DNA of 64,000 nucleotides from Octopus vulgaris (lineage: Eukaryota): NCBI GenBank assembly GCA_951406725.2, contig OX597819.1:105338001-105402000 (forward strand). The letters run 5' to 3'. The position numbers and the translations under genes were made by a program. The notes beneath the pieces are model-generated. The model was given only the letters and a program-made list of their open reading frames with translations, was not told the DNA's origin and did not search any database. Shown here one piece after another: positions 12,325 to 26,315 of this stretch; positions within the stretch are counted from its first letter, which is position 1; each line of letters opens with the position of its first letter.

Positions 12325-15300
12325 ATGCTCAGAATAGGTAGTATAAATGTACGTGGCTTGGGGGTCGCCTTGGAAACAAGGCTACCTGTTAAATGACATC
12401 AAGTCACTAAATCTGAATATCATAGCCATCAGTGAGACCAGACTCCACAGCTTGCGGGCACTCCAGCACATTTTCGGTACACATTTCAACATTTATTTTT
12501 CTCCGTGTCTACCGAGAATGGGCGGAGGTGGCACCGCGGTGCTTATCCGGAAGAGTCTGGATCTCAAAGTAAGAGCAAATTTCCTAGACCCGGAGGATAG
12601 GCTGGTCGTTTTAGATGTCGATGGCAGCAATGAGTGTGCTTTTCGACTGATAGCAGTTTATGCTCCGTCCTTAACAGGCCGACCAGATTTCTTTCGACGT
12701 CTAGAGTCTTTCATGGGAACGTCTCGTCCTTTACTTTTAGTGGGGGATTGGAATGCCACCCTGGACACGCATCTAGACTACGTGGGCAGAGATAGCAATA
12801 GAAGGGGATGCAAATGCCTCAAAGACCTGCTCAGACGTTTCCAACTGTCTGACAGGTACCGACTGGACCACCCGAATGTGCCAATGTGGACATGGAGTAA
12901 CCGCATCGGGTCGTCCAGATCATACTTAGATAGAGTATTCTGTGGGACAATAGATAAAAATAGTGTAGGTTGTCCACAATTTCATATAGTCAGTTACACA
13001 GATCACAAGTTTGTGACTTGTACACTTGACTTAGATAAGACACATAGGCAGGGTCCTGGTTACTGGAAACTGAACGCGTCTTTTACAGCACGACAGGTTT
13101 ACAGGGACCGGATCAGCACATTAGTTAAGAGAGCTTTGACGGGTACCATCATCAACAACAGATGGTGGTATGCCCTAAAAAAAGCGATTAAAGCAGAATC
13201 AGTCAGATACAGTAGAGCCCTAGCATTAGACCGAAATAGAATAGAGGGAGATTTAGTTAAGGTTTTAGAAGAGGCACTTAGAACTGGCATCGCGTCCAAC
13301 GTACTGGCGGCGAGATTGGCCCTCGACCAACACCTCAACGCCAAACACGAGGGATGCGTTGTCAGAGCTAGGATGCGTGCTCTGAGGAACGAAGGAGTTG
13401 GAGCCGCCCAAGAGGCCCGAGTGGTGGAGACGCAACGAGGCAACAGAGCCACCATCAAGTCTCTTATAGATGAACAGGGGCGCGAATTGCTCGAGCCTAA
13501 AAGGATGTGTGGGGTTTTTCAACAACACTTCACCCAACTGTTTGGGACAAGTGGTGAGTCAGAAAGCAGAGTGGACTTTAGTGCCTACCTGCATGCCTTG
13601 CCACGACTCTCAGCAAGGGAGGTGGAGTCTTGTGAAAAGCCTATCACAGCTGCGGACGTACAGGATGCGATGGTAGGCTGCGCGAGAGACAAGTCACCAG
13701 GCTTGGATGGTCTGCCCTACGAATTTTATTTTCATATGCCAGACTTGTTTGGAGGCGTCTTGGCAGCTGTCTACTGCAACTGGCAGCAGAACGGGAGTAT
13801 TCCTGCTTTTGTAAAGCGAGGAGCAGTGGCACTGATCAAGAAAGACCCAAACAAGGGGGACGTCATAGATAATTTCAGGCCCATCACTCTGCTCAACGCA
13901 GATTTGAAAATTTTGGCCAAGGTGTTAGCCGAGAGGTTGGCGCTTGTCATCAAGAAACTAATCGACAAGGCGCAAACATGCGCCGTGCCGGGTAGAAGTA
14001 TTCATGACAACCTCCATCTGATGCGCTACATCATAGACAGGGTAGTTAAAAATCCTGGCATGGGTGGGGCGCTGATCAATTTGGATCAATCAAAAGCCTT
14101 CGATAGGGTAGACCATCACTACTTGGAGGCTGTCCTCAAAGCGGCTGGTTTCGGTCCAGTTTTCCGCGGTTGGATCGCTGCCTTATACAGCGGCATCCGC
14201 TCAGTAGTTCGCGTAAATGGTCATCTATCCAGACCTTTTAACATCATGCGTTCGGTTCGTCAGGGATGCCCCCTCTCATCGCTGCTGTATGTACTGACCC
14301 TTGAGCCACAACTGCGGAAACTGGCGACGCTGAGGGGCATCCCACGAGAGCTGGGATGCGGGAGGAGCGTGTCTGCATACGCGGATGACGTCACCGTCAT
14401 AGTGTCGAGCTACGAGCACATCGAGCTGGTAGGCGAGACACTGAAAGAATATGAAGCGGTAACGGGAGCAAAAATTAACCGGGAAAAGTCAGTGGGCTTG
14501 CGGCTCGGCACCTGGAGAAGCAAGCCCATGCCGTCCAACAGCGTCTCCATCGTGGGACGCTGGACGGACGGACCGGTTAAATTGCTCGGGGTCTGGTTCG
14601 GTCCGGACCTCCAAATGGAGAAGAACTGGGGCGAGATAACGACTAGGGTGGCTACTCTCACCCAGAAATGGACTGAGAGAAAGCTATCCCTAAAAGGTCG
14701 GGCGGAGGTGGCGAACGCGTACATCGCATCCGTCATCAAGTATCGTCTGACCGTCGTGCCTTGTCCCGACCCTACCATCACCAAACTGGAACGCATACTC
14801 TTCCGCTTCTTGTGGAAGGGAAACGTTCCGATGGTTAGGCGATCCATTTGCTGCCAACACCCGCTAAATGGAGGGCTGGGCATGCCGTGGTTGATGATGC
14901 GCAGACATGCGCTGAGACTGCGACATCTCCGGCGCTTCATAGACAACGGTGAACAGGGGTGGTCGCCTTTTGTGCGGCGCGCTTTCCCGCAGCTCGTCTC
15001 CTTGGACGAACTACAGTCATGGATCAAGCAGAGACCGAGGCTAGGCGAATGGCACCGCGAGTGTCGCGTTGCTCTCAAGCAACTCTGCCGTCCGGGATCG
15101 AACTTGTGCGACTCCATCACAACAAAGGCATTCTATAGAGGATTAGTGGAGGGGAGGTGCGACGACGAACTCGGGCAGAGTCTGGGCGTCGACGAGGAAC
15201 ACCTGACCCGCCTGTTCAGGACAACTTTCGGGCCGGGACCTATGAACAATCACTAAAGATCCCTGGCCTGGCAGTGCTATCGAGAAGCATTACCTGTTCG

Positions 15301-15763
15301 GGATAAGCTCTACAGACACGGTTCCAGACACACTGGACCGACTTGCCCGAGATGCGGTCAGAGCGACGAAACCGTTCTGCACGCACTCGTGCAATGTCCA
15401 ACCATTTCCGACCTGTGGGATTATGCCGAACGGCTGCTGTCACGTGTGGGACGAATCCGCCTATCGGCCGAGTCTATCGTGAGAATTGCTCCGCCCCCTT
15501 CCCTCAACCGGGAAGGCAAGGCAGTTTTCATCGTACTGGTGGCCATGGTGAAAGAATGTGTGTGGTGGACTCGAGCGAAAGGATTAGAGACAAACACTTA
15601 CCTCTCTGGCCAATCGCTCATCAACTTTTTCAAGTACCACTTGAAAAGGAAGGTGAGAATGGAGAGGGAAGTTTTGTCTCGCGAAAGATTCAAAAAAAGA
15701 TGGGTGAATGTTGCAAAGATGGTGCGTGCTAGTAACGAAACCATTTTGAGCATGATCCTGTAG
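12325..15763 (+). pseudogene. Tx1 ORF2: AP endonuclease, RT, C-terminal Zn finger; one +1 frameshift (G run 12360-12364) and one in-frame TAA (15254-15256)
   Basis: MLRIGSINVRGLG then SPWKQ; ISETR, VYAP, GDWNA, YLDRVF, TDH, WKLN, KSPGLDG, NFRPITL, DQSKAFDRV, VRQGCPLS, YADD, GGLG; same frame past the stop gives CPRCGQSDETVLHALVQC. Confidence 0.92.
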
Positions 15764-16066
15764 ATCGTAAAAAAGAAAGAAAGAGAGCATTTTTGACCTC
15801 ATGTGTTTACTTCCTCCCTGACTGGGGTTCCCGTGGTCTTTTCTGTAGGCTTTTCTTCCCACGGATGAACCCAATCTTGTTATATCAATGTTTACACCAT
15901 TATTTCTGTGATACACGATTTTCTTTTTTTTTCCTTTTTTTTCCTCCTCTCGATCCCTTTTGATCGCAATCTTACATTTTTTATTTTTTTCCACCCTCGA
16001 AAAGAAAAGCTCTGCATTTGTATTTGTCCCCTCTGTATTCAGCCCTGTGTGGCTAATAAAAGAAAG

Positions 16067-16360
<294 letters not shown>

Positions 16361-16800
16361 TTAAAAAAAGATGGGTGAATGTAGCAAGGATGGCACGTAT
16401 GAATGATGAAGCCACCTTGACTATGATTCTATGAACCATAAAAATTAATACAGAGAGTTGCTTATTTGCAAAAAAAAAAAGAAAAAAAAAAAAGAAATAT
16501 AACATGTGACTTCATTGACCGAGCTTACCGTGGTCTTTTCCGTAGGCTTTTCTTTCCACGGGTAAACCTCACCTGTCCTCCCCTTTACACTTCATATTGA
16601 CATTTCTGTGATAACGATCCCTATTATTCATTCCCCCCCCTTTGTAACCCCTCCCCTTTTTTTTTGTCCTTTTTCTTTCCTTTTACGATCCCTTTTGATC
16701 GAAAACCACCACTCTCCTTTTTTTACCCCCCAAAAGAAAAGCTCTACCTTGTAATTTGTTCTATCTGTGTGCAGCCCTGTGTGGCTAATAAAGAAACATA
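16361..16800 (+). mobile_element. 5'-truncated 3' end of a related Tx1 subfamily
   Basis: aaaaaaagatgggtgaatgt (KKRWVNVA) and 3' UTR blocks shared with 15692-16069, ending cagccctgtgtggctaataaagaaa. Confidence 0.9.
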
Positions 16801-17408
<608 letters not shown>

Positions 17409-19177
17409 TAGCACATATATATTATATACGAATACATACATATATGTATATATAAATGTGTGTGTGTGTGTGTGTGTGAATATATAAGCATGTGAGTGAC
17501 AAACGTCTCTTGCACGAAGTCATCGAGTTTGAGGAATGTATTCGGTTTACTAACATAGAATTACAACTGACTCTACACACTTCGAAAACAAGTGTGTATT
17601 AACTATTTCTCCAAAACACAAACAAATATAAATAGTGTATACATACACAATAAAACTATAAGGCGCAACGCAGAACTAAATTACTCCTACATTTTTGTTA
17701 AATTGCATATAATTTTAGCTTTTTAATTTCTACACTAACTACAAATGAAAACAATTATTCAATTTTAAAGGTAGGAAGTTTCACCATTAACACGAGAAAC
17801 TTTATTACTCATAAATACCCAATTCGACTGATTCCAACTGTACAAGCAGAAATATTGACTTCATTATCAAGTGGAAGGTTATTGAAAAAGTCGCAGCTAT
17901 ATGAAAATGGGAATAGAAGATGTGATCTATGTTCTGCTGAAAAATCGTCATTTTTATGACTTTCAGAATTCCACAAATTTCTTAATCAAAATTCGAAACT
18001 CGCGAAACGCCGGGACTTTGCTTAATATTTGTTGAAATATTGGAATTCTTTTATCATACACCAGACAAAACTTTCCCCACAAATAATGCATAAAGCCGAA
18101 CGGAGTTTACTTTTCTATTCTGAACCATCGATATATTTGAATATATTATTTGATGTATGTCCGTGTACTACACATGTATGTGTGAAACATATATGTGTTC
18201 CTATGTAAACATAGTCTATTAACAAATAATAATGAACTCACTCCAACATTTCGTGCTCTCTTTTTGCAATATGCTTTTCAGTTTATAATTTTATTTCCTC
18301 ATTTAATTTCATCTTACTTAATGTTTTATTGTTCATATTCAAGTTTTCTGTTTCCATATGTTTCAAAGGAAACAAAACTTATTTTCACCCCTTAAGACAT
18401 ATGTTCCCCACAACATTCATATCCCAGCATGCAAAATACAAGAAGTCACGATATATTTGAATATTCTAGCTCGAGTTAGTTCAGTATTATAGTCTAACGT
18501 ACGCTGAATTAATTGTTTAATTAGACAGGAATCTCAGAGTATGTATGTATGTATGTATGTATGTATGTATGTATGTATGTATGTATGTATGTATGTATGT
18601 ATGCATGTATGTATGTATGTATGTATGTATGTATGTATGTATGCATGCATGCACGCACGCATGCACGCACGCATGCACGCACGCATGCACGCACGCACGC
18701 ACGCATGCACGCACACTCGCATGCACGCAAACACACACGCACAAATATATACATGTGTATATATATGTATATGATTTATTATTCTGTTAAGGTAAGATGA
18801 ACAAAAAAAGTACTACATCCAGTGAAAGACAAATATCATTTAATGTGCACAGTATAAGATAAGAGTTACTTATTGTTTCTTGATTGGAGACGCAGGTCTA
18901 GGCAGTTTTTATAGCATGCTTTGTGACCCCAAGCAATCCCAGGGCTCTGAGCACACGGTCTATTCAATTTGCAAGTCAGGACGTTGGTATAAGAGAAATC
19001 ACGAGAAAGAAACGAGAAGGTAGATACAAAAAGTAGAGGGATGAATAAAAACGGAAAAAAAGAAAGGAAATTAGAGTTATGTCCCATATGACCATAAAGC
19101 CATAGTTAAGCTAGTCGTTGTAGAATAGTTGAACGGAGAAGAGTCCAAATCCGGAGAGGGTGGTGTCCTGAAAAGCA

Positions 19178-20050
19178 TTATTGCAAAATTTGTCCATATG
19201 TTCGCATTTTCTGAAAATTTCGGGCCTGGAATTGAATAATGCGGTGAAATTCGTTTATGTAAAAAGAATATGCGATCTTTCAGCTACGCACAAGCTGTAT
19301 TCCTGTGATCCATTCACATATGGCATGGATTTCTCTACGATTCTCCACTTGATTGCGTGTTGTGTGCTGTTGGTCTTGAAACTCCATACATGACTAACCA
19401 ACTTAGCGGCTTTACTTTTGTCGGTGGGTTTGCATAACGCCTTTTGAAATCGCCTTCTCCTAACCCGATGTAATTTTTCTTTTCAGCTAGATTATCTTGT
19501 TGTTACTTCTGCCTTGTATACAACGGAGTTTATCATACACGTCTGGTAAAAGTGGGCAAGCTTCAGGGTCACGACAGTTAAAACTGCGAGCGGACTCTTG
19601 GTGATGTTTATGAGTGAAAATGTTCATCATATTGGCTCAGCAGCTGTATGGTATTTTAACAGGGCATCTATTAAAAAATGTTCCTGTATTTGTGGATTAC
19701 TGGAAAATGCTTATCTAAAGAGACAGGAATTTCTTGCCCTTGTTATTTTTAACATTTAAGGAGAAAGTGGGGCGAATGATATTATTTTCTTGGTTCTATT
19801 TTTAGGTCTATTTCAATGATTCATATTTCAAATTGAAGACGCATATTAGATAGGACATTGTTATAGTAGGTAGATTCCTTACCAGCTATTTCTTTAAAAA
19901 AAGAGAAATTCGATATCCTATAACTAATGATAGCTAACAGGTTTTTAAGCACTGTAGTAGGGTGACGTCCGTATCTCTATATCAGCTCACCTGGATTTCT
20001 ATTATAGCCACTCTTAACCCTGTGGACTTAGTTCTTGATAAAGATTTCGG
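19178..20050 (-). pseudogene. Degenerate Naiad-like PLE remnant (RT thumb, linker, GIY-YIG)
   Basis: Minus-strand peptides HPTTVLKNL, ISYRISNFS, PTFSLNVKNNKGKKFL, DKHFP, KIPYSC, NCRDPEACPL, VVYKAEVTT, NYIGLGEGDFKRRY, SHVWSFK, IKWRIVEKSMPY, SLCVAER, FNSRPEIFRKCEH. Confidence 0.8.
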
Positions 20051-20487
20051 AATTTAAATTAAAATAATTTCAGCACTATACTACGTGATTTCTATATTGA
20101 GCATGTCTAGCTCTCACATTCTGTGTACACACACACATACATACACATGCTCACACACACATACACACACGCACACACTCACATGCGCATACATGGAAAT
20201 ACACTACATTCTCTCTCAGTCACGTACATATAAACATACAAAATTGCATGCATATAGATTCAGTAATAAATACAGACACTTCTATATACAATGAGTATAA
20301 GCTACATTTGGTCACATGCACAGTCACTCTAACAGTCACTTCCACTCAACATTGTATGTGTTGTGTATGAGCGTTTATATAATACACACACGCGCGCATA
20401 TATATATATATATATACACTGTCACAAACAACTACTACTACTACTACTGTCGCCGCTGTAACTACAATAACAACAACAACAACAACA

Positions 20488-20545
<58 letters not shown>

Positions 20546-20920
20546 TGACGATGACGATGACGATGACGACAACGGCCGTATTGACGACGACATAACAATC
20601 TTGTGAAAAACTAATTTAATCAATGAATGTTATATGACGACATGAGAAATGTAGAGATAAAGCTTTCGCTAGCATTTTCATGGCTTCTTATCTCTAAACT
20701 TTGAACAGATGTTGAATTATCACTTGTTTCTTCCAAGTATTTTACTGAAACAACCAAATGGTTATAAACAAATTCATTAAAGCGCCAATAACCTTAATAA
20801 CACACATATATATATATATTCTTCATATTTGCATAAGGGAACATATTTATTGGGGATACAGACAATGTTGAGTGAGATGATCTAGATCGTAAATGTTTTG
20901 TAATTATTATAATAACATTT

Positions 20921-21345
20921 GAGGCGGCGAGTTGGCAGAATTATTAGACCGTCGGAAGAAATGCGTTACGGTATTTCTTCCGACTTATTTTGCTCTGAGT
21001 TCAAATTCCGCTCGGGTCGACTTTACCTTTCGAAGTTAAAAAAATAAGTACCAGTCAAGTAGTGGGTCGATGTAATCGACTTGTTGTTTCCGCTCAGATT
21101 ATTGGCCTTGTGTCAAAATTAGAGTTATTATAATAAAGTTCGTTGTATTTGTTCCAGCTCCTTACGTTCTGAGTTCAAATCTTACCGAGGCTATGTTTGC
21201 TGTTCATCCTTCCGGAGTCGTTAAAATGAAATACCACTCAAGTACTGAGGACAATTTTATCAACTTAATCTTGCTTTCAAATTTCTAGTCTTATGTCTGT
21301 ACAAGAAATTATCTCTGATCTTCTACCTATGTTAGAGACAATTAT
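20921..21345 (+). mobile_element. Tandem family-B SINE copies
   Basis: Two successive ..ctgagttcaaat..gaggtc/gggtcgac..aagtacc.. units. Confidence 0.75.
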
Positions 21346-21658
21346 ATTGAAATCATATAGTATTTATTTCGGATCTATGTTTTACTTTTCACGAAGTCAA
21401 CATTGCCTTGAGTAAACTGTTATTTCCCAACAAAATTTTAGTTGATGAATTTTCATTTTTTTAAAAATACTTTTGCTTTTGGATGGAATATTGTGTTTTC
21501 TTTTCTTTTTATGGAAACATTCAAATTTAGTCCGAACAGTTTACAAACATACATACATACATACATACATACAAACACATATACATACACATATACATAC
21601 ATAAATACATGCATACACACATATATGTGTGTGTGTGAGTGTATATATATATATATAT

Positions 21659-22175
21659 ATTTTATTTAGTTTGAATATTTAATCGACTGACAGAATTCCT
21701 AGAACATCTGACAAAATATGTTTTGGTGTTTATTCCGGATTTTTACGTTCTGAGTTCAAATCCTGCTGAAATCAACTTAGCCTTTCACTCTTTAGGAGTC
21801 ATTAAAATAAAATACCACCAGAATACTGATGCATGTATGTATGTATGTATGTATATATGTATGTATGTATGTATATATATATATATACATACATACATAC
21901 ATATATACATACATACATACATGCATCAGTATTCTGGTGGTATATGTATATATATATATATACATACATACATACATATATACATACATACATACATACA
22001 TGCATCAGTATTCTGGTGGTATTTTATTTTAATGACTCCTAAAGAGTGAAAGGCTAAGTTGATTTCAGCAGGATTTGAACTCAGAACGTAAAAATCCGGA
22101 ATAAACACCAAAACATATTTTGTCAGATGTTCTAGGAATTCTGTCAGTCGATTAAATATTCAAACTAAATAAAAT
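21659..22175. repeat. Inverted duplication (fold-back) of a family-B SINE fragment around a microsatellite core
   Basis: Arms ~21659-21880 and ~21950-22175 are reverse complements (sum 43834); mirror ORFs 21723(+) and 22111(-) have identical N-termini. Confidence 0.93.
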
Positions 22176-22462
22176 TATAAAAGTCTTGAGGAACGCTGTT
22201 ACCTGTTGCATAAAAAAAGATAACTTCGTAAAAGTTTCACTTTATAAATCATTACATCTCACACAAAATCTCAACCAAGAAAACTGTAACAAATTTTCAA
22301 ATAGCTACCAGTGACCAGATCGTTGACAATTACTCTGCCAATCAATGGTGATGAAGAAACACAAACATACACACATAGATTTATGCACAAACATACATAC
22401 ATAGTCACACCCACTCATATACCCGCATCCACCTACCGCCCATATGTGTATATATAAATAAG

Positions 22463-22509
<47 letters not shown>

Positions 22510-22512
22510 TAT

Positions 22513-22712
22513 TCTTTTACATGTTTCAGTCATTTGATTGCAGCCAAGCAGGAGCATCGCCTTTAGACGAACAAATCGATCCCAGATTTATTCTTTGTAG
22601 GACTAGTACTTATTCGATCGCTTTTTTTGCCGAACCGTTGGTGAGTTTACGGGAATGTAAACATACCAATATCGGTTGTCAAGCGATGATGGGAGGACAA
22701 ACATAGACACTC
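22513..22712 (-). mobile_element. SINE family A 3' half
   Basis: tgtttcagtcatttgattgcagcc...tttgccgaaccg...cggttgtcaagc. Confidence 0.8.
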
Positions 22713-22767
22713 AAATACATACATACATACATACATACATACATACATACATACATACATACATACA

Positions 22768-22799
<32 letters not shown>

Positions 22800-22861
22800 C
22801 TAATACATCTGTTTGCTTTCTACACCACCTGTCTTCGTCTTTCGTTTTTTCGTGAATTCTC

Positions 22862-22930
<69 letters not shown>

Positions 22931-22932
22931 TA

Positions 22933-23225
22933 TAGTTCCGACTTAATTTGACGATTTTATGCCTTCTTTTTCAGGAATAGCTTGATGCATTGATGAACAG
23001 TCAACAGCATTGGAGAGCATAAATATTTATGCTCTCCAACGCCGTTGTTGTTGAGAGAAAGTTAACTGGAAGACTGGAAACTATCTGAATATTGGGAAAG
23101 ATGATTCGTGCCGAGTACCAAAATATCGACATCATGGCTACTGGTCAACGTTCTGTGGGTACTGTAAAAACTATAAGACATGACATTGCTGCAACAGAGA
23201 CTATGAAATAGTATCCAGCAGGAGG
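22933..23225 (+). mobile_element. 5' fragment of the maT/DD37D-like transposon family also at 62400-63511
   Basis: aatttgacgat..gcttgat..attg.tgaa.agtcaacagc.ttg.gagcataaa and atgattcgtgccgagtaccaaa match the reverse complement of 63300-63500. Confidence 0.7.
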
Positions 23226-23338
23226 GAACACAGTATAGTTAATCCAGACATGAAAACACAAAGAGAAAACACAACAACGCGAGGACGTGGAACAAATATA
23301 GCATTATTGGACGCTCAGGAAGGAAAGGAAGAAGGAGG

Positions 23339-23373
23339 GCTTAACGTTTCGAGCGGAGCTCTTCGTCGGAAAC
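23339..23373 (-). ncRNA. Ultra-minimal hammerhead motif (CCGACGA core) in a ~210-bp unit (about 23233-23445)
   Basis: Minus strand GUUU-CCGACGA-A GAGC ucc GCUC-GAAA-CG-UU-AAGC; palindrome AACGUU at stem III. Confidence 0.6.
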
Positions 23374-23484
23374 ATAGGAGAAGGAAAGATCCAGAGAAGG
23401 GAAGACAGAAGGAAAAAAATTGCCAACGGTACACACGCGGTCGGACTACAAATGCATTTTTTCTTGACTTATGGATTCTTAGAC

Positions 23485-23533
<49 letters not shown>

Positions 23534-24379
23534 GGTGAGTTTCTTTCAGTTTCTGTGTGCCATATTCACTCACAAGGCATTGGTCGGCCTGAAGCCGCTC
23601 AGTAGGGCTGAATCCGGAACCATCTGGTTGGAAATTTTAAAAACAAAATATGATGAGTCTTATAAAATAGAAACTATGAAATGATAACATCAATCCACCC
23701 ACAACAAATTATAGTCACAAATCTGATTGTTCTACTAGTAGATTGTCTTTGAACAAATGAACCCAACGAGTGAGACGCAACCCACAAGTACACGGATATT
23801 GAGGTTTTCTCGGAGGGTATGGGAACTTTATAAAAAAAAAACAACAAAAAAATCAAATTTAATGTATTTCTTTTTACACACTGAACAATTGATAATTTTT
23901 AGATAGTCCATTGTGTTACAAATTTGTTTAAATTTTCTTGCTTACATAAGTTTTGCTACTGACTGAAATGTTGAAATACTTGGGGATATTCCAATACATG
24001 AAATATATTATGCATGTGGACCTTGAGTAAATGTAAAAAAAATTCAAAAGCATATCGTTGCAAAAAGAAGTTGATGATTTCTATGCTAGAATGTATTAAC
24101 ACGTAATGCATTGGTCTAGAAATTAGATTGTTCCAGAGTAAATTGTTCTAAAACGTATTATCCTTAAGTGAATTGTTCCAAAGTCTATTGATGATGCAGA
24201 GTGGATTGTTCTAAAGACTGTTGATGATGCAGGATGGATTCTTCTGGAATGAATTGTTTACAGGATCTCTGTCTGTCTGCCACACTCTCTCTCTTTCTCT
24301 CTGTTTCTTTCTCTCTTGGTGTGTGTCGGGTCGCTTAAATGTGTGCAATTATTTGCTGCAGTATATTTCTATTCAAGTG

Positions 24380-24415
<36 letters not shown>

Positions 24416-24564
24416 CACGTCAGGAAAAACTAAACAAAAGAAAATTTGAAAAGATGATAATATGAAAAATAAAGAAGTTAAATATTTGATGATTTAAAAA
24501 AAAAATATATTACAATTACAATATAAAAAACTCATAAAAGATAGTACGATCGTTTAATTATGTA

Positions 24565-25730
24565 AATTTATGTTCTGTGTTCAAATCTCACCTTTGTCTT
24601 TCATCCTTTTGCGGTTTAATAAAAGAAATAAGTGATATTCAAGTCTTAAGGTTGATGCAATCAACTCCTTTAAACTCCTTTAAAATGTCTGACCGTTTGC
24701 CTAACATTAAACACTAACGATTATCATTATTATTTTGAGGAAAAAGCAGTGAGCTAGCAAAGTCGTTAGAACACCGGAGAACATACTTGGCGTCATTTCA
24801 ATCGGCTCTTTGTGTCCTGCGTTCAAATTCCAATGAGGTTGACTTTGCCTTTTGTCCTTTCGAAGTCGATAAAATAAACATCAGTTGAGTATTGGGATCG
24901 GGGTAGTCGACTATCCTCTTCTCCCCCAAATTTTCTGGACTTGTGCATATAGTAGGAAGATTTATTATTACTTTTAGGAGGGAAATGGCAACGTGCTGGC
25001 AGGTGCGTCAGCATGTTGGACAAAATGATTTGCGGCATTGGTTTTGGCTCTTTACAGTCTGAGTTCAAATTCCGCCAAGGTGGACTTTGTCTTTCTTCTT
25101 TTCGTGGTCCATAAAATAGATATCAGTCAGTACTGGGGTTGATGCAGTCAATTTATACTCTCCCCCTGAAATTGCTGGCCTTGTACCAAAATTAGAATGA
25201 ATTATTATTTTGAGGAAAAGGGCGGCGAACTGGCAGAATCATTATTGACTCGGTCAAAATGCTGAGCATCATTTGTTTCGGCTCTTTACGTTCTGCGTTC
25301 AAATTCTGCCAAGGTGGACTTTGCCTTTATTCTTTCGGAATCGATGAAATAAGTACAAGCTCAGCACCGGGTTCGATGTAATCAACTTATTCTTTCTCCT
25401 ATATATTGCTGGTGGAGGCACATGGCCTAGTGGTTATTGCAGCGGATGCGCGCTCGAGGGATCGCGGGTTCGAATCTCAGACTGGGCGATGTGTGTGTTT
25501 ATGAGCGAAACACCTAAGCTCCACGCGGCTCCGGCACAAGGTAATGGCAAACCTCTGTTGACTCTTTCGCCACAACTTTCTCTCACTCTTTCCTCTTGCA
25601 CTTACCGTCCAGGCGGGGACCCTATACGCCAAGGAAACCGGGAAACCGGCCCTATGCTCAACAAGGGGCAAAAAGGATTAAGAAGAAGAAGAATATATTG
25701 CTGGTCTTGTGCCAAAATTAGAAAGAATTA
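24565..25730 (+). mobile_element. Head-to-tail array of about four family-B SINE copies; last one interrupted by a family-D SINE
   Basis: Repeated gttcaaat..gactttgccttt..aaataa..ggggt.gat units separated by attattat linkers. Confidence 0.8.
25414..25692 (+). mobile_element. tRNA-derived SINE family D with (AAG)n tail and 13-bp TSD
   Basis: Head ggaggcacatggcctagtggtta...gggttcgaatctc; TSD atatattgctggt at 25401-25413 and 25693-25705. Confidence 0.88.
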
Positions 25731-25859
25731 TTTTTTCGAGTAATGCTGGCAGTTACCTATGTAGGTACAGCAAGGTGTCTTACCTGTTCATCATACAGTT
25801 CTGTTAATTTACCCACCTAGATTTGAACCCTTTTTTTTGTCTATTCCCAAAGGATGACA

Positions 25860-26315
25860 AGATTTGAAACCTGAGCATAGAGAGGCGGAACCAATACTGC
25901 GAGGTATTCTATCCAAATATCGCACGGCATGTCTATTCTCTGACGATTCTGCCAAGCCTTCATGCTAATTACAATAATGGCTTCTAATTTAGACACAAGG
26001 TCCACTGTTTTGAAAGGAAAGGTTTAGTCAGTACTATCGACCCAAGCATTTGACTAGTATTTTATTTTATTGACCTCGAAAAGATGAATAACAAAATTGG
26101 CCACATTGGGATTTGAACTCGGAACCAATACCACAAGGATTTCTAATTTTGGCATAAGACCAGCAATTTTTCAGCTGGTTACTTATTTTTGTTGAACCCG
26201 AAAGATAAAAAGCAAAGCCGACCTCGGTGGTATTTGAACTCAGGATGTAAAGAGCCAGAACAAGTACCGCTAATTATTTTTGTCGGACGCGCTAACGATT
26301 CAACCAGCTCGCCGG
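25860..26315 (-). mobile_element. Tandem family-B SINE fragments, minus strand
   Basis: Repeated atttgaactc..., gacctcgg, cagctcgcc. Confidence 0.7.

Noticed and set aside
19630-19660. TGA next to YSC in the Naiad-like remnant as possible selenocysteine
   Set aside because: It follows rather than replaces the Cys, the copy is heavily frameshifted, and no SECIS was recognised.
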